A DNA stretch of 64,000 nt from an uncultured bacterium (GCA_949300345.1 CASGDR010000001.1:328695-392694); one strand, 5' to 3'. Counted from the stretch's first letter, positions 10,112 through 20,287 are shown. A program made the numbers and translations. Notes: generated from the letters alone by a model not told the origin.

Positions 10112-10777
10112 ATGAGATTGCTGCTTGCAGAAGACGAAAAGTCCCTATCCAAGGCCTTGAAGACCATTTTGGAACACCACAACTACACAGTAGATGCCGT
10201 TTACGACGGCCAGGAGGCCCTTGATTATCTTGCCAACGGCGAATACGACGGGATCATCCTCGACATCATGATGCCCAAGGTCGATGGCTTTACCGTCCTC
10301 AAGGAACTCCGCAAGTACGATCACAAGACCCCAGTCTTGGTATTGACTGCCAAGACACAGGTGGAAGATAGGGTCAAGGGACTTGACCTCGGAGCCGACG
10401 ATTATCTTGGCAAACCCTTCTCTTCTTCCGAGCTTTTGGCCCGCGTCAGGGCCATGCTGAGGCGCTATGAACCCCAGGTTGACGACATCTTGACCTTCAA
10501 GGACCTTACCCTTAACCGCCTCACCTATGAAATCAGCTCCAGCATCGGTTCGAGGCGCCTAGTCGGCAAGGAATACCAACTGCTCGAACTATTGATGCTC
10601 AAAAACGGCCAGCCCATCTCCGCCGAACAATTCATGGAGAAGATTTGGGGCTTTGATACCGAAACCGAAATCAATGTCGTCTGGACCTTCCTTTCATATC
10701 TACGCAAGAAGATCGCCGCAGTGGGCTCCAACGTTACCATCAAGGCCGCCCGTACCGTCGGCTATTACCTGGAATAG
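10112..10777 (+). CDS. OmpR-family response regulator
   Basis: Receiver domain (LLAEDE ... DGIILDIMMPKVDGF ... LVLTAK) plus a winged-helix DNA-binding C-terminus. Confidence 0.85.
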   Translation: MRLLLAEDEKSLSKALKTILEHHNYTVDAVYDGQEALDYLANGEYDGIILDIMMPKVDGFTVLKELRKYDHKTPVLVLTAKTQVEDRVKGLDLGADDYLGKPFSSSELLARVRAMLRRYEPQVDDILTFKDLTLNRLTYEISSSIGSRRLVGKEYQLLELLMLKNGQPISAEQFMEKIWGFDTETEINVVWTFLSYLRKKIAAVGSNVTIKAARTVGYYLE

Positions 10778-11977
10778 ATGTTCGGGCGCATACGGCGGAA
10801 CTTTCTCCTCGTAAGCCTGTTTTCGGTCTTTGTCGTTTTGTTCGTGCTGCTAGGTTCGATCAACATCAGCAACTATTTCAACATGGCCTCGGGCTGCGAT
10901 GAAGTCGTCGGCATGATCTTGGATAACGATGGGACCTTCCCCGATGGCAAAAGGCATGATCCTGACAGCCGTCCCGAGCTCCCCTTCCAGACCCGTTACT
11001 TCGATGTCACCTTCACCCCGGAAGGAGCAGTCTATGAAGTGGCCCTCGAGCACATCGCCATCACCCAGGAAACCGCCGTGCAAATATCCCTGGAAGTATA
11101 TGGCAACGGCTATGAACGGGGCTTCGTCGAAAATTACCGCTATGGCCATAAGACCCTCGACGACGGCAACGAACTCTATGTCTTCATGGATTGCTTTGAA
11201 GCCTTGGATGATTTCTATGTCTTCATGCGTTACTCCATCCTCTTTGGCTCGATAGGCTTTGCCCTGGTGGCCATCCTCCTATTCTTTCTTTCCGGACGGG
11301 TGCTATCCCCGGTCAAGGAATCCTTTGAAAAGCAGAAGCGCTTCATCACCGATGCGGGCCATGAGCTGAAGACCCCGCTTTCGATCATCTCCGCCGATAC
11401 GGAAATCATCGAAATGCAATCGGGATCCACCGAATGGACATCTTCCATAAAAGAACAGGCGGCCCGCCTTGCCAACATGACCGAAAAGCTGGTCCTCATG
11501 GCCAAAATGGACGAAGGCAAGCCGCTGGTCATGTCCAGCGTGGACATCTCCGCTTCCTTGGAAGAGGCTACCAAGGCCTTTGCTCCCCTAGCGGAAACCA
11601 AGAAGATGGAAATTGATTATCAAGGAAAGCCCGGACTCAACATTTCCGCCAACCCGGATAGCCTGGAGCAGATATGGGGGCTACTATTGGACAACGCCAT
11701 AAAGTATTCCGATGGGAAAACCATCAAGGTTCGGCTTTTCGAAGAAGGCAAATTCGTAAAGGCGGAATTTTCCAACCACTGCAGCGACATCAGCGAGGAA
11801 AGCCTCCAGCATGTCTTCGAGCGGTTCTATAGGAACGATGCTTCCCGCAACAGCTCTACCGGGGGACATGGCATCGGACTATCCTTGGCCGAGGCCATCA
11901 TGAATGCCCATAAGGGAAAGATCAAAGCCAGCTATGATGAGGGTATGGTTACTTTCTCGCTGTCTTTCCCAAAATAG
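10778..11977 (+). CDS. sensor histidine kinase
   Basis: N-terminal TM helices, H-box HELKTPLSIISADTEII, and HATPase N/G boxes (LLDNAIKYS, GGHGIGLSLA). The start abuts the response-regulator stop. Confidence 0.85.
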   Translation: MFGRIRRNFLLVSLFSVFVVLFVLLGSINISNYFNMASGCDEVVGMILDNDGTFPDGKRHDPDSRPELPFQTRYFDVTFTPEGAVYEVALEHIAITQETAVQISLEVYGNGYERGFVENYRYGHKTLDDGNELYVFMDCFEALDDFYVFMRYSILFGSIGFALVAILLFFLSGRVLSPVKESFEKQKRFITDAGHELKTPLSIISADTEIIEMQSGSTEWTSSIKEQAARLANMTEKLVLMAKMDEGKPLVMSSVDISASLEEATKAFAPLAETKKMEIDYQGKPGLNISANPDSLEQIWGLLLDNAIKYSDGKTIKVRLFEEGKFVKAEFSNHCSDISEESLQHVFERFYRNDASRNSSTGGHGIGLSLAEAIMNAHKGKIKASYDEGMVTFSLSFPK

Positions 11978-12111
11978 GCAGTGGTTAATCCAGTTTTAAG
12001 ACATTCTTGCTAAAGTAATGCCACTCTTGATTCCATGACCTCCATCTGGAATCGGAGCCAATCGATACATGCTTAGCGTGGCATCGGGGGCGCGGACCCC
12101 TAAGACCGCAC

Positions 12112-12147
12112 GGACCTTTTGGCCCCTTTGAAGGTCCGTTTTCATTT
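12112..12147 (+). terminator. rho-independent terminator after the two-component operon
   Basis: GGACCTT-(12 nt)-AAGGTCC stem followed by GTTTTCATTT. Confidence 0.4.
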
Positions 12148-13512
12148 GATGCGGCCAAAGCGTCTCAAAAATGAATATTTCTTTTCGCTATATGGAGGAT
12201 ATTTGACTTTGATTTCCGCCTTGGACTTGGCAAGCACGGGCTTGCTATGGGAGAAGGTCTCGAATGACTTCTTGCCATGGTAGCTGCCCATGCCGGAGCG
12301 GCCCACCCCGCCGAACGGCAGGTTTTCGTTTGTCAGATGCATGATGGTGTCGTTAAAGCAGCCGCCCCCAAAGGGCATGCGTCCTAGGACCTGCTTCCCC
12401 TTCTTCTTGTCACGGCTGAAATAATAAAAGGCCAAGGGCTTTTCGCGTTTGGAAATGATATTTAGAAGACTCTCTAGGTCATCAAAGGCGATGATCGGCA
12501 TGATGGGGCCGAAGATTTCTTCCTGCATGATGGGATCATCGAAACCGACCTCGTCCATGACCGTGGGTTCCAAAAGACGGCCCTCGGATTTGCCGCCTTT
12601 GACGACTTTGTCTGGATCGATGAAGGAAATAACCTTCTGGAAATGCTTTTCGTTTATGAGATAAGGGAAATCCCCATTGATATGGCCGTCCTGGTAATAA
12701 AAGGAATCGATGTAGGCGAAAACCTTTTCCAGGAAAGCATCATGGATAGAGGAATGGACGCAGATATAGTCAGGCGCCACGCATGTTTGCCCGGCATTCA
12801 GGAACTTGCCCCAGACGATGCGCCTTGCCGCTAGGTCGAGGTCGGCATCCTTATCGACGATGCAGGGGGATTTGCCGCCGAGCTCCAAGGAACAAGGGGT
12901 AAGATGGACAGCCGCCTTTTCTAAGACCAGGCGTCCCACCGTTTCCCCTCCGGTAAAGAAAATATAGTCGAAGCGCTGTTCCAAAAGGGCCTGGTTTTCA
13001 TTCCTTCTCCCTAGGACCACGGAGACAAGGCCCGGCTCCCCGAACTCCTCGAACATATCATGGATGGCTTGTGAAACGTTCTTGGCGTAACTAGCCGGCT
13101 TGATGAGGACCGTATTTCCGGCGGCAATGGCTCCGAATACGGGTTCGAGGGCCAGCTGGAGAGGGTAATTCCAAGGGGCCATTATGAGGACGCAGCCATA
13201 GGGTTCCTGATAAATGTAACCCTTGCTTGGGAAATTGACAGCCGATGTCCTTACCTTTCTGACCTTGGCCAACTTCCTAAGGTGCTTCTTCATGTAGCGG
13301 CACTCCTCGAGCACCATGAAGAATTCGGTAGATAGCACATCGAAGGGGCATTTGTTGAAATCGTTTTTGAAGGCCTCTTCGAACCGTAGACGGTATTTGA
13401 GAAGCAACTGCTCGATTTTTTCCAGATTGGCTTTCCTAGCTTCAAGGGACAATGTCTTCCCGGAAGCAAAATATTCCCTTTGCCTAGCCACTATACCTTC
13501 GATATCGTTCAT
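12142..13512 (-). CDS. NAD(P)-dependent aldehyde dehydrogenase (class-3-like)
   Basis: 456 aa. Catalytic ELGGKSP and GQTCVAP (Cys) motifs, and EEIFGPI. AGGAG RBS. Confidence 0.85.
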   Translation of the reverse strand: MNDIEGIVARQREYFASGKTLSLEARKANLEKIEQLLLKYRLRFEEAFKNDFNKCPFDVLSTEFFMVLEECRYMKKHLRKLAKVRKVRTSAVNFPSKGYIYQEPYGCVLIMAPWNYPLQLALEPVFGAIAAGNTVLIKPASYAKNVSQAIHDMFEEFGEPGLVSVVLGRRNENQALLEQRFDYIFFTGGETVGRLVLEKAAVHLTPCSLELGGKSPCIVDKDADLDLAARRIVWGKFLNAGQTCVAPDYICVHSSIHDAFLEKVFAYIDSFYYQDGHINGDFPYLINEKHFQKVISFIDPDKVVKGGKSEGRLLEPTVMDEVGFDDPIMQEEIFGPIMPIIAFDDLESLLNIISKREKPLAFYYFSRDKKKGKQVLGRMPFGGGCFNDTIMHLTNENLPFGGVGRSGMGSYHGKKSFETFSHSKPVLAKSKAEIKVKYPPYSEKKYSFLRRFGRIK

Positions 13513-13645
13513 ATGATTCTCCTAAACGAAGTATATCCGAAATCCAAACTCTCCCCTACCGTTTGCGGAGTTTTCAGACAATCCGATGGGGTTTTGCAAA
13601 GAAGAGGATGAAAAAAGCGCCTAATCAAGGCGCGAAGATTCAGTC

Positions 13646-13723
13646 TGGGGCGAATGAGGGGACTCGAACCCCCGCATGATCGGTTCACAGCCGATTGTGT
13701 TAAACCTCTTCACCACATTCGCC
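13646..13723 (-). tRNA. tRNA-His (anticodon GTG)
   Basis: Reverse complement gives G(-1)GCGAATG ... anticodon loop CTGTGAA ... GGGTTCGAGTCCCCTCATTCGC-C-CCA. The extra 5' G pairing with discriminator C is diagnostic of tRNA-His. Confidence 0.75.
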
Positions 13724-13809
13724 AACCGGCACGAAAGTATAGGACGGAAAAGGCCTGCCAACAAGTGCCAACCTCATGCTAGGCCCTGCTACTTGATAAT
13801 TCGCACTTT

Positions 13810-14517
13810 ATGGATAAAGTAATGCCGATGATCATCCGCGACCGTTTAGTAAGCTTCCTCTACCGTCTGGGCTGCTCCATCACCGGGCTGATCCTGATGA
13901 TCATGGTTTTCGTTACCTCCCCAAGCGGTTCGGCTCCCCTTACCAGCCTCTATGTTCAAACCTGCCTGGTATTGGAAATCGGATTTTTGCTCAAGACCTT
14001 TTTCAACGGGCTGGATTTCTATAAGAAAGGCCGCGTAGGCATACCCGGCGGCATCTGGATGCCATTGGCCCTAGCCCTACTAAGCTATGCGATGTTGGGA
14101 GCGGTTGTCTTTTGCCTGGGCGATAGTCCTTTCAACCTTGCCTATACATATATGCGCCTGATCGCGGTCATAGTCCTTTTGGTCTTGGGCTTGGCCGATT
14201 ATTTCCTCTTTGACGAAAAGGGTACGGTCACCTGGGACTATCCCCTTTATTGGGCCCTATACCCGACCATTTACGGAGGCGTGATGATGGTCACCCCCTT
14301 CATCACCGGATACGAGACCGTGTCCAGCAACTTCTTCTCCCCTAGGTACTTTGCCCTTTCTGAAAACGCATTCCTAGCCGGAAACGACGGTTGGAACGGG
14401 GTGGCGATTGCCTATGTGAGTCTGATAGCAGCCTATATCGTCATGGCCTATATCCTGGTTTACGTGAACTATCTATTGGGCCTAAGGTTCCGCAAGCAGG
14501 CCAAAGACGCCTATTAA
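13810..14517 (+). CDS. hypothetical integral membrane protein
   Basis: 235 aa with about 6 TM helices; no recognisable catalytic motif. Confidence 0.45.
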   Translation: MDKVMPMIIRDRLVSFLYRLGCSITGLILMIMVFVTSPSGSAPLTSLYVQTCLVLEIGFLLKTFFNGLDFYKKGRVGIPGGIWMPLALALLSYAMLGAVVFCLGDSPFNLAYTYMRLIAVIVLLVLGLADYFLFDEKGTVTWDYPLYWALYPTIYGGVMMVTPFITGYETVSSNFFSPRYFALSENAFLAGNDGWNGVAIAYVSLIAAYIVMAYILVYVNYLLGLRFRKQAKDAY

Positions 14518-14873
14518 TTGATCCGCCTGAAGCCTTTGAAGGCGATGACGTCCGGGTCATAGAAAGCAAAGCGCTTGAGACGGTGGAGGCCGTCTTTTTT
14601 GACGATTTCGACCAAATAGAACCGGGGATGGTCGCTTCCGCTATAGGCCCTTAGCAGGCAGAGCTGTCCTTCTATGTATCGTCCGAAGTCCGGGCGCTTG
14701 ATGATTTCCCCTGCCATCTCCATCATCCGGAGGTAATCCTTAGGCCTTTCATGGGCCAAGGAGTCAAGGTCGCTGCCGGATAGGTAAACGAAGGGGTCTT
14801 TGCCGAGGTCGATCTTCATCGCTTTCTCGGTCTTCAGGGATATTCTCCCTATCTTAAGAAAACTATTGTCCAT
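14514..14873 (-). CDS. hypothetical protein
   Basis: Track ORF 14514..14900 starts on TTG; the first ATG is 14873. Lies downstream of, and on the same strand as, the hydrolase gene. No motif recognised. Confidence 0.3.
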   Translation of the reverse strand: MDNSFLKIGRISLKTEKAMKIDLGKDPFVYLSGSDLDSLAHERPKDYLRMMEMAGEIIKRPDFGRYIEGQLCLLRAYSGSDHPRFYLVEIVKKDGLHRLKRFAFYDPDVIAFKGFRRIN

Positions 14874-14935
14874 GTGGAAAGGTATCCCCGCTTTGGGCAA
14901 ATAGTCCGAAATTGATCCGAAGATTTACATAGCCC

Positions 14936-15811
14936 CTAGAGACCGTTCTTATCCAAGAATGCCGATATGGTCTTGTTTACCAAATCCGGTTCAGTGGCGT
15001 AGGAATTATGCTTGCAGACTGAAAAGGTCACGAATTCAGAACCTTGTATTTCTTTATGCATGAACTCGTTCATCGAGGCGCTGGATTCGTCAAATTCCCC
15101 TCTTAGAATAAGGGTCGGTACCTCAATATCCTGCAGTTTGGAAGTGACGTCATAGTCCTTGAGTTCGCCACTGCCTAAGGCCTCTCCCTTTCCCCATAGC
15201 CTTTCATAGATGGACACATTGGTTTTGGGAAATCTCTTTCTTGCATATTTGAAGTTGATAACGCCTTTGACATGCTCTTTTTCGTGCTGCTTCATCAACT
15301 TTGAGATGTCCTTTTCATTGCCGCTTTCAAAGATTTCACGGATTCTGGCCTGTTCATTCTTTGTTTTGCCTTCTAGCAAAAATTCCAAACACCCATCATT
15401 CCACATCTTGGTGCTCGGCAGCGTGGAGAAAAGAATCAGTGACCTTAGACCTTCAGGGTCTTTAGCAAAGATATAAAGAAAGGCAAGCATGCCGCCCCAG
15501 GAATGTCCCAAAAGGGAAAATTCCTTAAGTCCGAAATAGGAGATCAGATTATCCAATTCCTGAATATATGTTTGCGCATGTATGCGGGATTGGACTTCTT
15601 TATCCACTTTGGAATACCCACAGCCTAGTTGGTCATAGAAGATGATGGGACGCTTGGCTTTAGACAAGGCGGAAAGAGGTTCCTTAAGCTTATGGCAATT
15701 GCCACCAGGACCACCGTGAAGACAGATAAGTGGAACGCTGTTTCCGTCAATCTCGCCATAGACATAGGCTTTGGTAAACGCGCCTTCAAAAGGAATGGAT
15801 ACTCGTTTCAT
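14936..15811 (-). CDS. alpha/beta hydrolase, proline iminopeptidase (S33) family
   Basis: LHGGPGG oxyanion motif, GHSWGG nucleophile elbow, 291 aa. Confidence 0.8.
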   Translation of the reverse strand: MKRVSIPFEGAFTKAYVYGEIDGNSVPLICLHGGPGGNCHKLKEPLSALSKAKRPIIFYDQLGCGYSKVDKEVQSRIHAQTYIQELDNLISYFGLKEFSLLGHSWGGMLAFLYIFAKDPEGLRSLILFSTLPSTKMWNDGCLEFLLEGKTKNEQARIREIFESGNEKDISKLMKQHEKEHVKGVINFKYARKRFPKTNVSIYERLWGKGEALGSGELKDYDVTSKLQDIEVPTLILRGEFDESSASMNEFMHKEIQGSEFVTFSVCKHNSYATEPDLVNKTISAFLDKNGL

Positions 15812-15919
15812 AGGCTAACTATACACCAAGAGCAATGACGGAATTACAGAAAGCAAAATGGGCAAAATCTCTATGATAACGAACAAAAACCCTGCAAAAG
15901 CCGTATAATCAAGTAAGAA

Positions 15920-16222
15920 ATGGAACCGATGCAACAGTATGTGGCCCTATATCGGGCACTTAGGTCATTGTCCGAAAAGGATTATGTCCAGGACCTTGAC
16001 CGTTTTCTGGATAGCATGCATCCCCAAATGATCTTTATGGGCCAAGGCGATGATATCTATATGAGTTTTATTGGCCTACAGAAAGAGACTCCTTTTCCCT
16101 ACCCATTAGCGTTGTCTTTTCTAAAAAGAGAAGCTCCGGAAAAAGTCATCTCCATGTTCTTGGATCGGTTTCCTACCACAGAGGATTATGAAGCGTTCAT
16201 TCAATGCAACCCTCAGGATTGA
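15920..16222 (+). CDS. hypothetical small protein
   Basis: 100-aa ORF with normal GC; TATAAT 10 nt upstream of the ATG. No homology recognised. Confidence 0.3.
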   Translation: MEPMQQYVALYRALRSLSEKDYVQDLDRFLDSMHPQMIFMGQGDDIYMSFIGLQKETPFPYPLALSFLKREAPEKVISMFLDRFPTTEDYEAFIQCNPQD

Positions 16223-16693
16223 TATTTGAGTTTTGCAGTTACGCGAATTCACTTAACAGTCTGATTGAATAGATCCGATTCCAATCCCAGACGGATATAA
16301 AAAAGTCTGGCCCACCCCGATAGAGCAAGATGGACTTTTTTCTTCGTGAATGCCTGACACAACAAAAGTGAATCGTATCACGCAAATGTTTTTTCTTTGC
16401 AAGTTGTGAATTGCTACCCGATCTTTGAAATGAAATGTTTCTAGGTCATACCCCTAGCGAACGAACAACACCAACGATGGAATAGCTCTGCCTGGAGAAA
16501 AACCAAATCAAACTTTTTAAGAGAAATGGCATTGCTCACTAATTTAGTAGACTGTTTGCCATTCGTACCATTCGTCAAACTGGACCCATTCAGTGAATTC
16601 AAAGTAGTCAATTACATTTTTCTAAAGCCTCTTTTTTTCGTTGCATCATGTTTCTAGGTTGTGTTTTTCGCTCCATTGTTTGAAAATTAAGCT

Positions 16694-18022
16694 ATGTTCC
16701 AAAGGAAAATTACCGATAGTCTCTTAGCTTGGAGCAAAAGGCACAAACGTTTTCCTATTCTTTTAAAAGGATCGAGAGGTGTTGGAAAGACAGAAACAGT
16801 ATTGGAATTTTGTAAGTCACAGTATCCAAACGTTCTCTATTTCGACATGAATTCCAACGAATCTCTTAGGGATATATTCAATGGTGATATGGACATCGAC
16901 CGTATTGTCGACGCCCTTTCTTATTACGCTAAAGGACAACCTATAATCCCTGGGAAAACCGTCCTTATATTCGATGAAATCAAGGATTGTCCCAATGTTA
17001 GGACCTCATTCAAGTATTTTTCTTTGGATCGCCGTTATGATGTTATAGCTATTTCTTCTTTCTCTGGACTGGGAGCCTATGACAAAAACAACCAAGGTTT
17101 TGTCTCAGACTATCAGAAGGAAATGACAATGCATCCAATGGATTTCGAAGAATTCCTTTGGGCATCTTCAATCAACCCCAGACAAACAGAAAACCTACGT
17201 CTCTGCATGCAAAATGAAGAGCCTGTACCTGAATATCTCCATCAAGAAATGCTACGCCTCTATCGCATGTATATGTTAGTTGGGGGCATGCCGGAGGCCG
17301 TCGAAACCTTTATTCAAACCCGAGATCTTGATAGCGTCCTTGCCTATCAGAATAAGGTTCTAGACCAGCTTAGATCCGGGTTCGGATATAGGCTTTTGAA
17401 AGACGGAAAACCCAAACTTAATCCTTCATTCCAGCTGGCTACTACTTCCGTATTTGATTCAATCGATGCCAATTTATCCAAAACCTACGGTAAGTTTGGC
17501 TTCAAACAATTTGAATTTGACAATAGGACCGTCCATGAGGCCGTTACCTGGCTTTTGGACAGCATGGCCATCAATGTGTCTTACAATCTGCAATCCCTTG
17601 AAATACCTTTGGAAGACCAGAAACTACCCAAACTTTTCAAACTATATTTCCAAGATATCGGTCTATTCTCCTCAACTCTTAATGAGTTGCACAGGCAAGC
17701 TGTCTCAAGGGGAGATACTTACCACTCCGGAGTGTCTATTTTCGACCACGTGGTAAGCGATGCCTTTTCCAAATCCGGGAAGAATCTTTATTACTTCAGA
17801 AGACCTACCGGTTTGGAGATAGATTTCGTTGCTGAATACCAAGGCAAAACAACTCTGATACAGTCAAAACCAAGAAACGGCAATTACAAATCCCTAAGGA
17901 CCATCCTTGAAGACGGTAAGTATCAGGTAGATTCGGCCATAAGAATTGGGGAAAAGAACCTTGCAAGGAACGGAAAGATCCTAGATATACCTTATTACTT
18001 GGTCCCATTCCTTGCCTGCTGA
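16694..18022 (+). CDS. AAA+ ATPase (AAA_14 + DUF4143-type, COG1373-like)
   Basis: Walker A GSRGVGKTE, Walker B VLIFDEI, 442 aa. The gene and its 470-bp upstream region have clearly lower GC than the flanks. Confidence 0.65.
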   Translation: MFQRKITDSLLAWSKRHKRFPILLKGSRGVGKTETVLEFCKSQYPNVLYFDMNSNESLRDIFNGDMDIDRIVDALSYYAKGQPIIPGKTVLIFDEIKDCPNVRTSFKYFSLDRRYDVIAISSFSGLGAYDKNNQGFVSDYQKEMTMHPMDFEEFLWASSINPRQTENLRLCMQNEEPVPEYLHQEMLRLYRMYMLVGGMPEAVETFIQTRDLDSVLAYQNKVLDQLRSGFGYRLLKDGKPKLNPSFQLATTSVFDSIDANLSKTYGKFGFKQFEFDNRTVHEAVTWLLDSMAINVSYNLQSLEIPLEDQKLPKLFKLYFQDIGLFSSTLNELHRQAVSRGDTYHSGVSIFDHVVSDAFSKSGKNLYYFRRPTGLEIDFVAEYQGKTTLIQSKPRNGNYKSLRTILEDGKYQVDSAIRIGEKNLARNGKILDIPYYLVPFLAC

Positions 18023-18086
18023 ACCCAAATTCACCGGTTTTTGGCGAATTCATTCGGTAATAAGAGAAGATTTCAAAATAAGGGGT

Positions 18087-18407
18087 TCAATCCAACAGTT
18101 CTTTTTCCTCAGGGTGCTTTTCAAACCAAACCGAGGAATAGGAGCAGACCGGACGGATTTTGTAGTTCTCTTGCTTGGCAACCTTGACCGCTTCATCCAT
18201 AAGCACAGCAGCTAAGCCCTTGCCTCTTTGGGACTCGTCCACAAAGGTATGTTCCAAGAACATGACTCCTTGATCCAAGGACCAAGAGATGAATCCGACT
18301 TCTGTCCCGTTTTCAATCAGACGGATCGAGTTTCCTTTTCTTACCTTTTCCATATCGGAAATGTAGCTTATGAAAAAAGAAAACTCCAATGTATTGCTCC
18401 AAGCCAT
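18087..18407 (-). CDS. GNAT-family N-acetyltransferase (small, YjdJ-like)
   Basis: 106 aa; motif A region QRGKGLAAVLMDEAV. Confidence 0.55.
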   Translation of the reverse strand: MAWSNTLEFSFFISYISDMEKVRKGNSIRLIENGTEVGFISWSLDQGVMFLEHTFVDESQRGKGLAAVLMDEAVKVAKQENYKIRPVCSYSSVWFEKHPEEKELLD

Positions 18408-18620
18408 TAATTGATTTCATTTATTCGACAACCAACAGTGTTTATAAAACCGGATCAATTACACCAATATAACATGCTTAAGGAGTAGATAGCCCGGTGA
18501 TGATCTTAAGCATAAAAATACCATCCAAACAAAGCGGCAGAGAAAATCTGCCAATACAAAGAAGGCAACCAAAATGAGGAATTTTGCCTAAAAGTAATGC
18601 CTGAATAATCTAACAAGAAA

Positions 18621-18668
18621 TAAAACCCCGAGACGATCGGGGCTTTTTGCATTTTGTGGTGACCCAGT
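18621..18668. repeat. degenerate copy of the tRNA-Glu 3' end plus its terminator (direct repeat of 20288..20335)
   Basis: aaaaccccgagacgatcggggctttttgcattttgtggtgacccag against aaaaccccgacacaatcggggcttttttcgatttggtgacccag: about 80% identity over about 45 nt. Similarity ends exactly inside the tRNA acceptor/T-arm sequence. Confidence 0.45.
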
Positions 18669-19766
18669 CGTGAGCAGTTAGAATACGAAACAATGGCAAT
18701 TCCAATGAGCAAAAAAGGGGTTAAACAACGCTTTTGGTATTGTTTTTGAGATTCTCGCATACTGGAAAGTCAATTTTTCGTACTCAAAGCCGCATTCCGG
18801 GAAAGGACATTGGCACAAGAAGACAAAGTTCATGCCGAATCATTAAATTAATTCCTTCTTTCCCTCTTGGACATAGCTGGATGAACCGCAGTGATGGGAA
18901 ATCAGGGACGAATATGGGCTGGTGCCCGGCTTGTTATAGTCTTTTTGGTTAACCTTTTTCTTAAAGAAAAAGGAATAACCTAGACTCTTTTGTAATGGTA
19001 TCCGTATTTTCTTATGGCCCATAAGGGCCGTAGATAAGATGGAACCTATAATTTCTGCGCCGGCTGGCGCAGCGATCTAAGGCATAGCAACCTCTGGCGA
19101 TTGCCCGCAACCCTTGGCAAAAGTATAAACAATTCAACCCGGCTGCAGTGTCTCCGGGCCGTGGCTTGAGGGAAACCCCACCGGGTCTATCTATGATAGT
19201 CTCCGCAACCAGGGCCGCAGGATGCGTAATAGGACTTGGGGGGACGCCCCTTGCCCCGGTACTTGGGTTCCGTTTTTTATTCGTCATCAAGCCATCTCAG
19301 CGCCCTGTCGATGGCTTTTTTGTTTACCAAGTGATTTGCTGAATAATCTATTTGGCTCAAATCTACATTCTCATGCGGATTTCCGTGCAGCCCGCTCGCC
19401 CTTGGCAAATCGCAATCCTTGTCCTTCTTTGGGGTTTGGGTTTTTAGACAATTTTACGTAATTTTTTCCCAGTCTCTTTTTTGCTTTGCAGACCATCTGT
19501 AATAATCCTTTGGTCTATGGGTAATGACATAACCAGTGGCATCCTTTCTTTTATTGCGCATCATAATCGCTGGATCTCTTGCTTTTTTATGGAATCTAAT
19601 CTTTTTCTTCATATCTTGACCTTACTTTAAATAAATGCGACTATTTGTTTACCGACCGGTGTCGAACCGCCCGAAAGGGGGGATCCGGCGGTGTTTTTTG
19701 TTACTCCCGATAGAAGTGTGGACAGGTGGAAAGCGGCCGTTCCGCACAAGAATAGACAGACCCTTT

Positions 19767-20099
19767 TTATTCCCTTAGATAAAACATCGTCCCTAACGGG
19801 CCGGTCCTGGCTAGTAGCCTATCGGTTCCATAGCGAAGGCACTCCCATGCCTCCCCTCCCTCGAAATCGATGGCCACGAAACCCGAGTCTTCTCTATAGC
19901 TGAAAGACTTGCGCGGCTCCCCGCTGATGCCGAGGGAACCGTCCGTATTCGAAAAGGAAAGGGTTTCCGAAGAGGAAACCCATGTCGTGCCCGCTACGGA
20001 TTCGACCGACCTATTGAAAACGTTGGCCTTTGCCATCAGAAGAAAGGCAGCCGCAACTGCCGAGGAAATTACGATGGCCACCTTGGCGGCAAGGTTCAT
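19767..20099 (-). CDS. hypothetical small secreted protein (doubtful)
   Basis: 110-aa ORF with a signal-peptide-like N-terminus MNLAAKVAIVISSAVAAAFLLMAKA. It sits inside the repeat-bounded, hairpin-rich region. Could be spurious. Confidence 0.25.
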   Translation of the reverse strand: MNLAAKVAIVISSAVAAAFLLMAKANVFNRSVESVAGTTWVSSSETLSFSNTDGSLGISGEPRKSFSYREDSGFVAIDFEGGEAWECLRYGTDRLLARTGPLGTMFYLRE

Positions 20100-20287
20100 G
20101 GGTCGTTTCCTTCCTTTCCGTTGTAGTTATCCCTTTTGTTTTGCTCTTTCAACAGTTCCCTCAAGGAGACGTTAGATACCTATAGTCATTTAATTAAAGG
20201 ACATGGGAAATCGGTCTCGGAGACGATTTCGAAGGCTGTTTTCCCCACAAAAGACACCTAACCTGTCCTCAAAACTGTCCTCAAAAA

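Noticed and set aside
18765-18935. GGAAAGTC and CCCGGCTTG resembling RNase P P4 halves
   Set aside because: The surrounding sequence does not reproduce other RNase P conserved regions (no CGGGC after AAGUC, no GGUAA/ACAGAAC blocks). Left as unassigned structured region.
19520-19612. 52-aa basic minus-strand ORF (MKKKIRFHKKARDPAIMMRNKRKD...)
   Set aside because: Below the reliable length, no RBS, inside the hairpin-rich non-coding region. Could be a remnant but not supportable.
19990-20110. Possible tmRNA: the 11-mer ACGGATTCGAC, identical to the Bacillus tmRNA 5' region, followed by a reading frame containing ...ATLAA...
   Set aside because: No GGGG 5' acceptor strand, no matching 3' CCA/T-arm partner, and the frame does not end in a tag-like ...LAA-stop. 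Likely a chance match.
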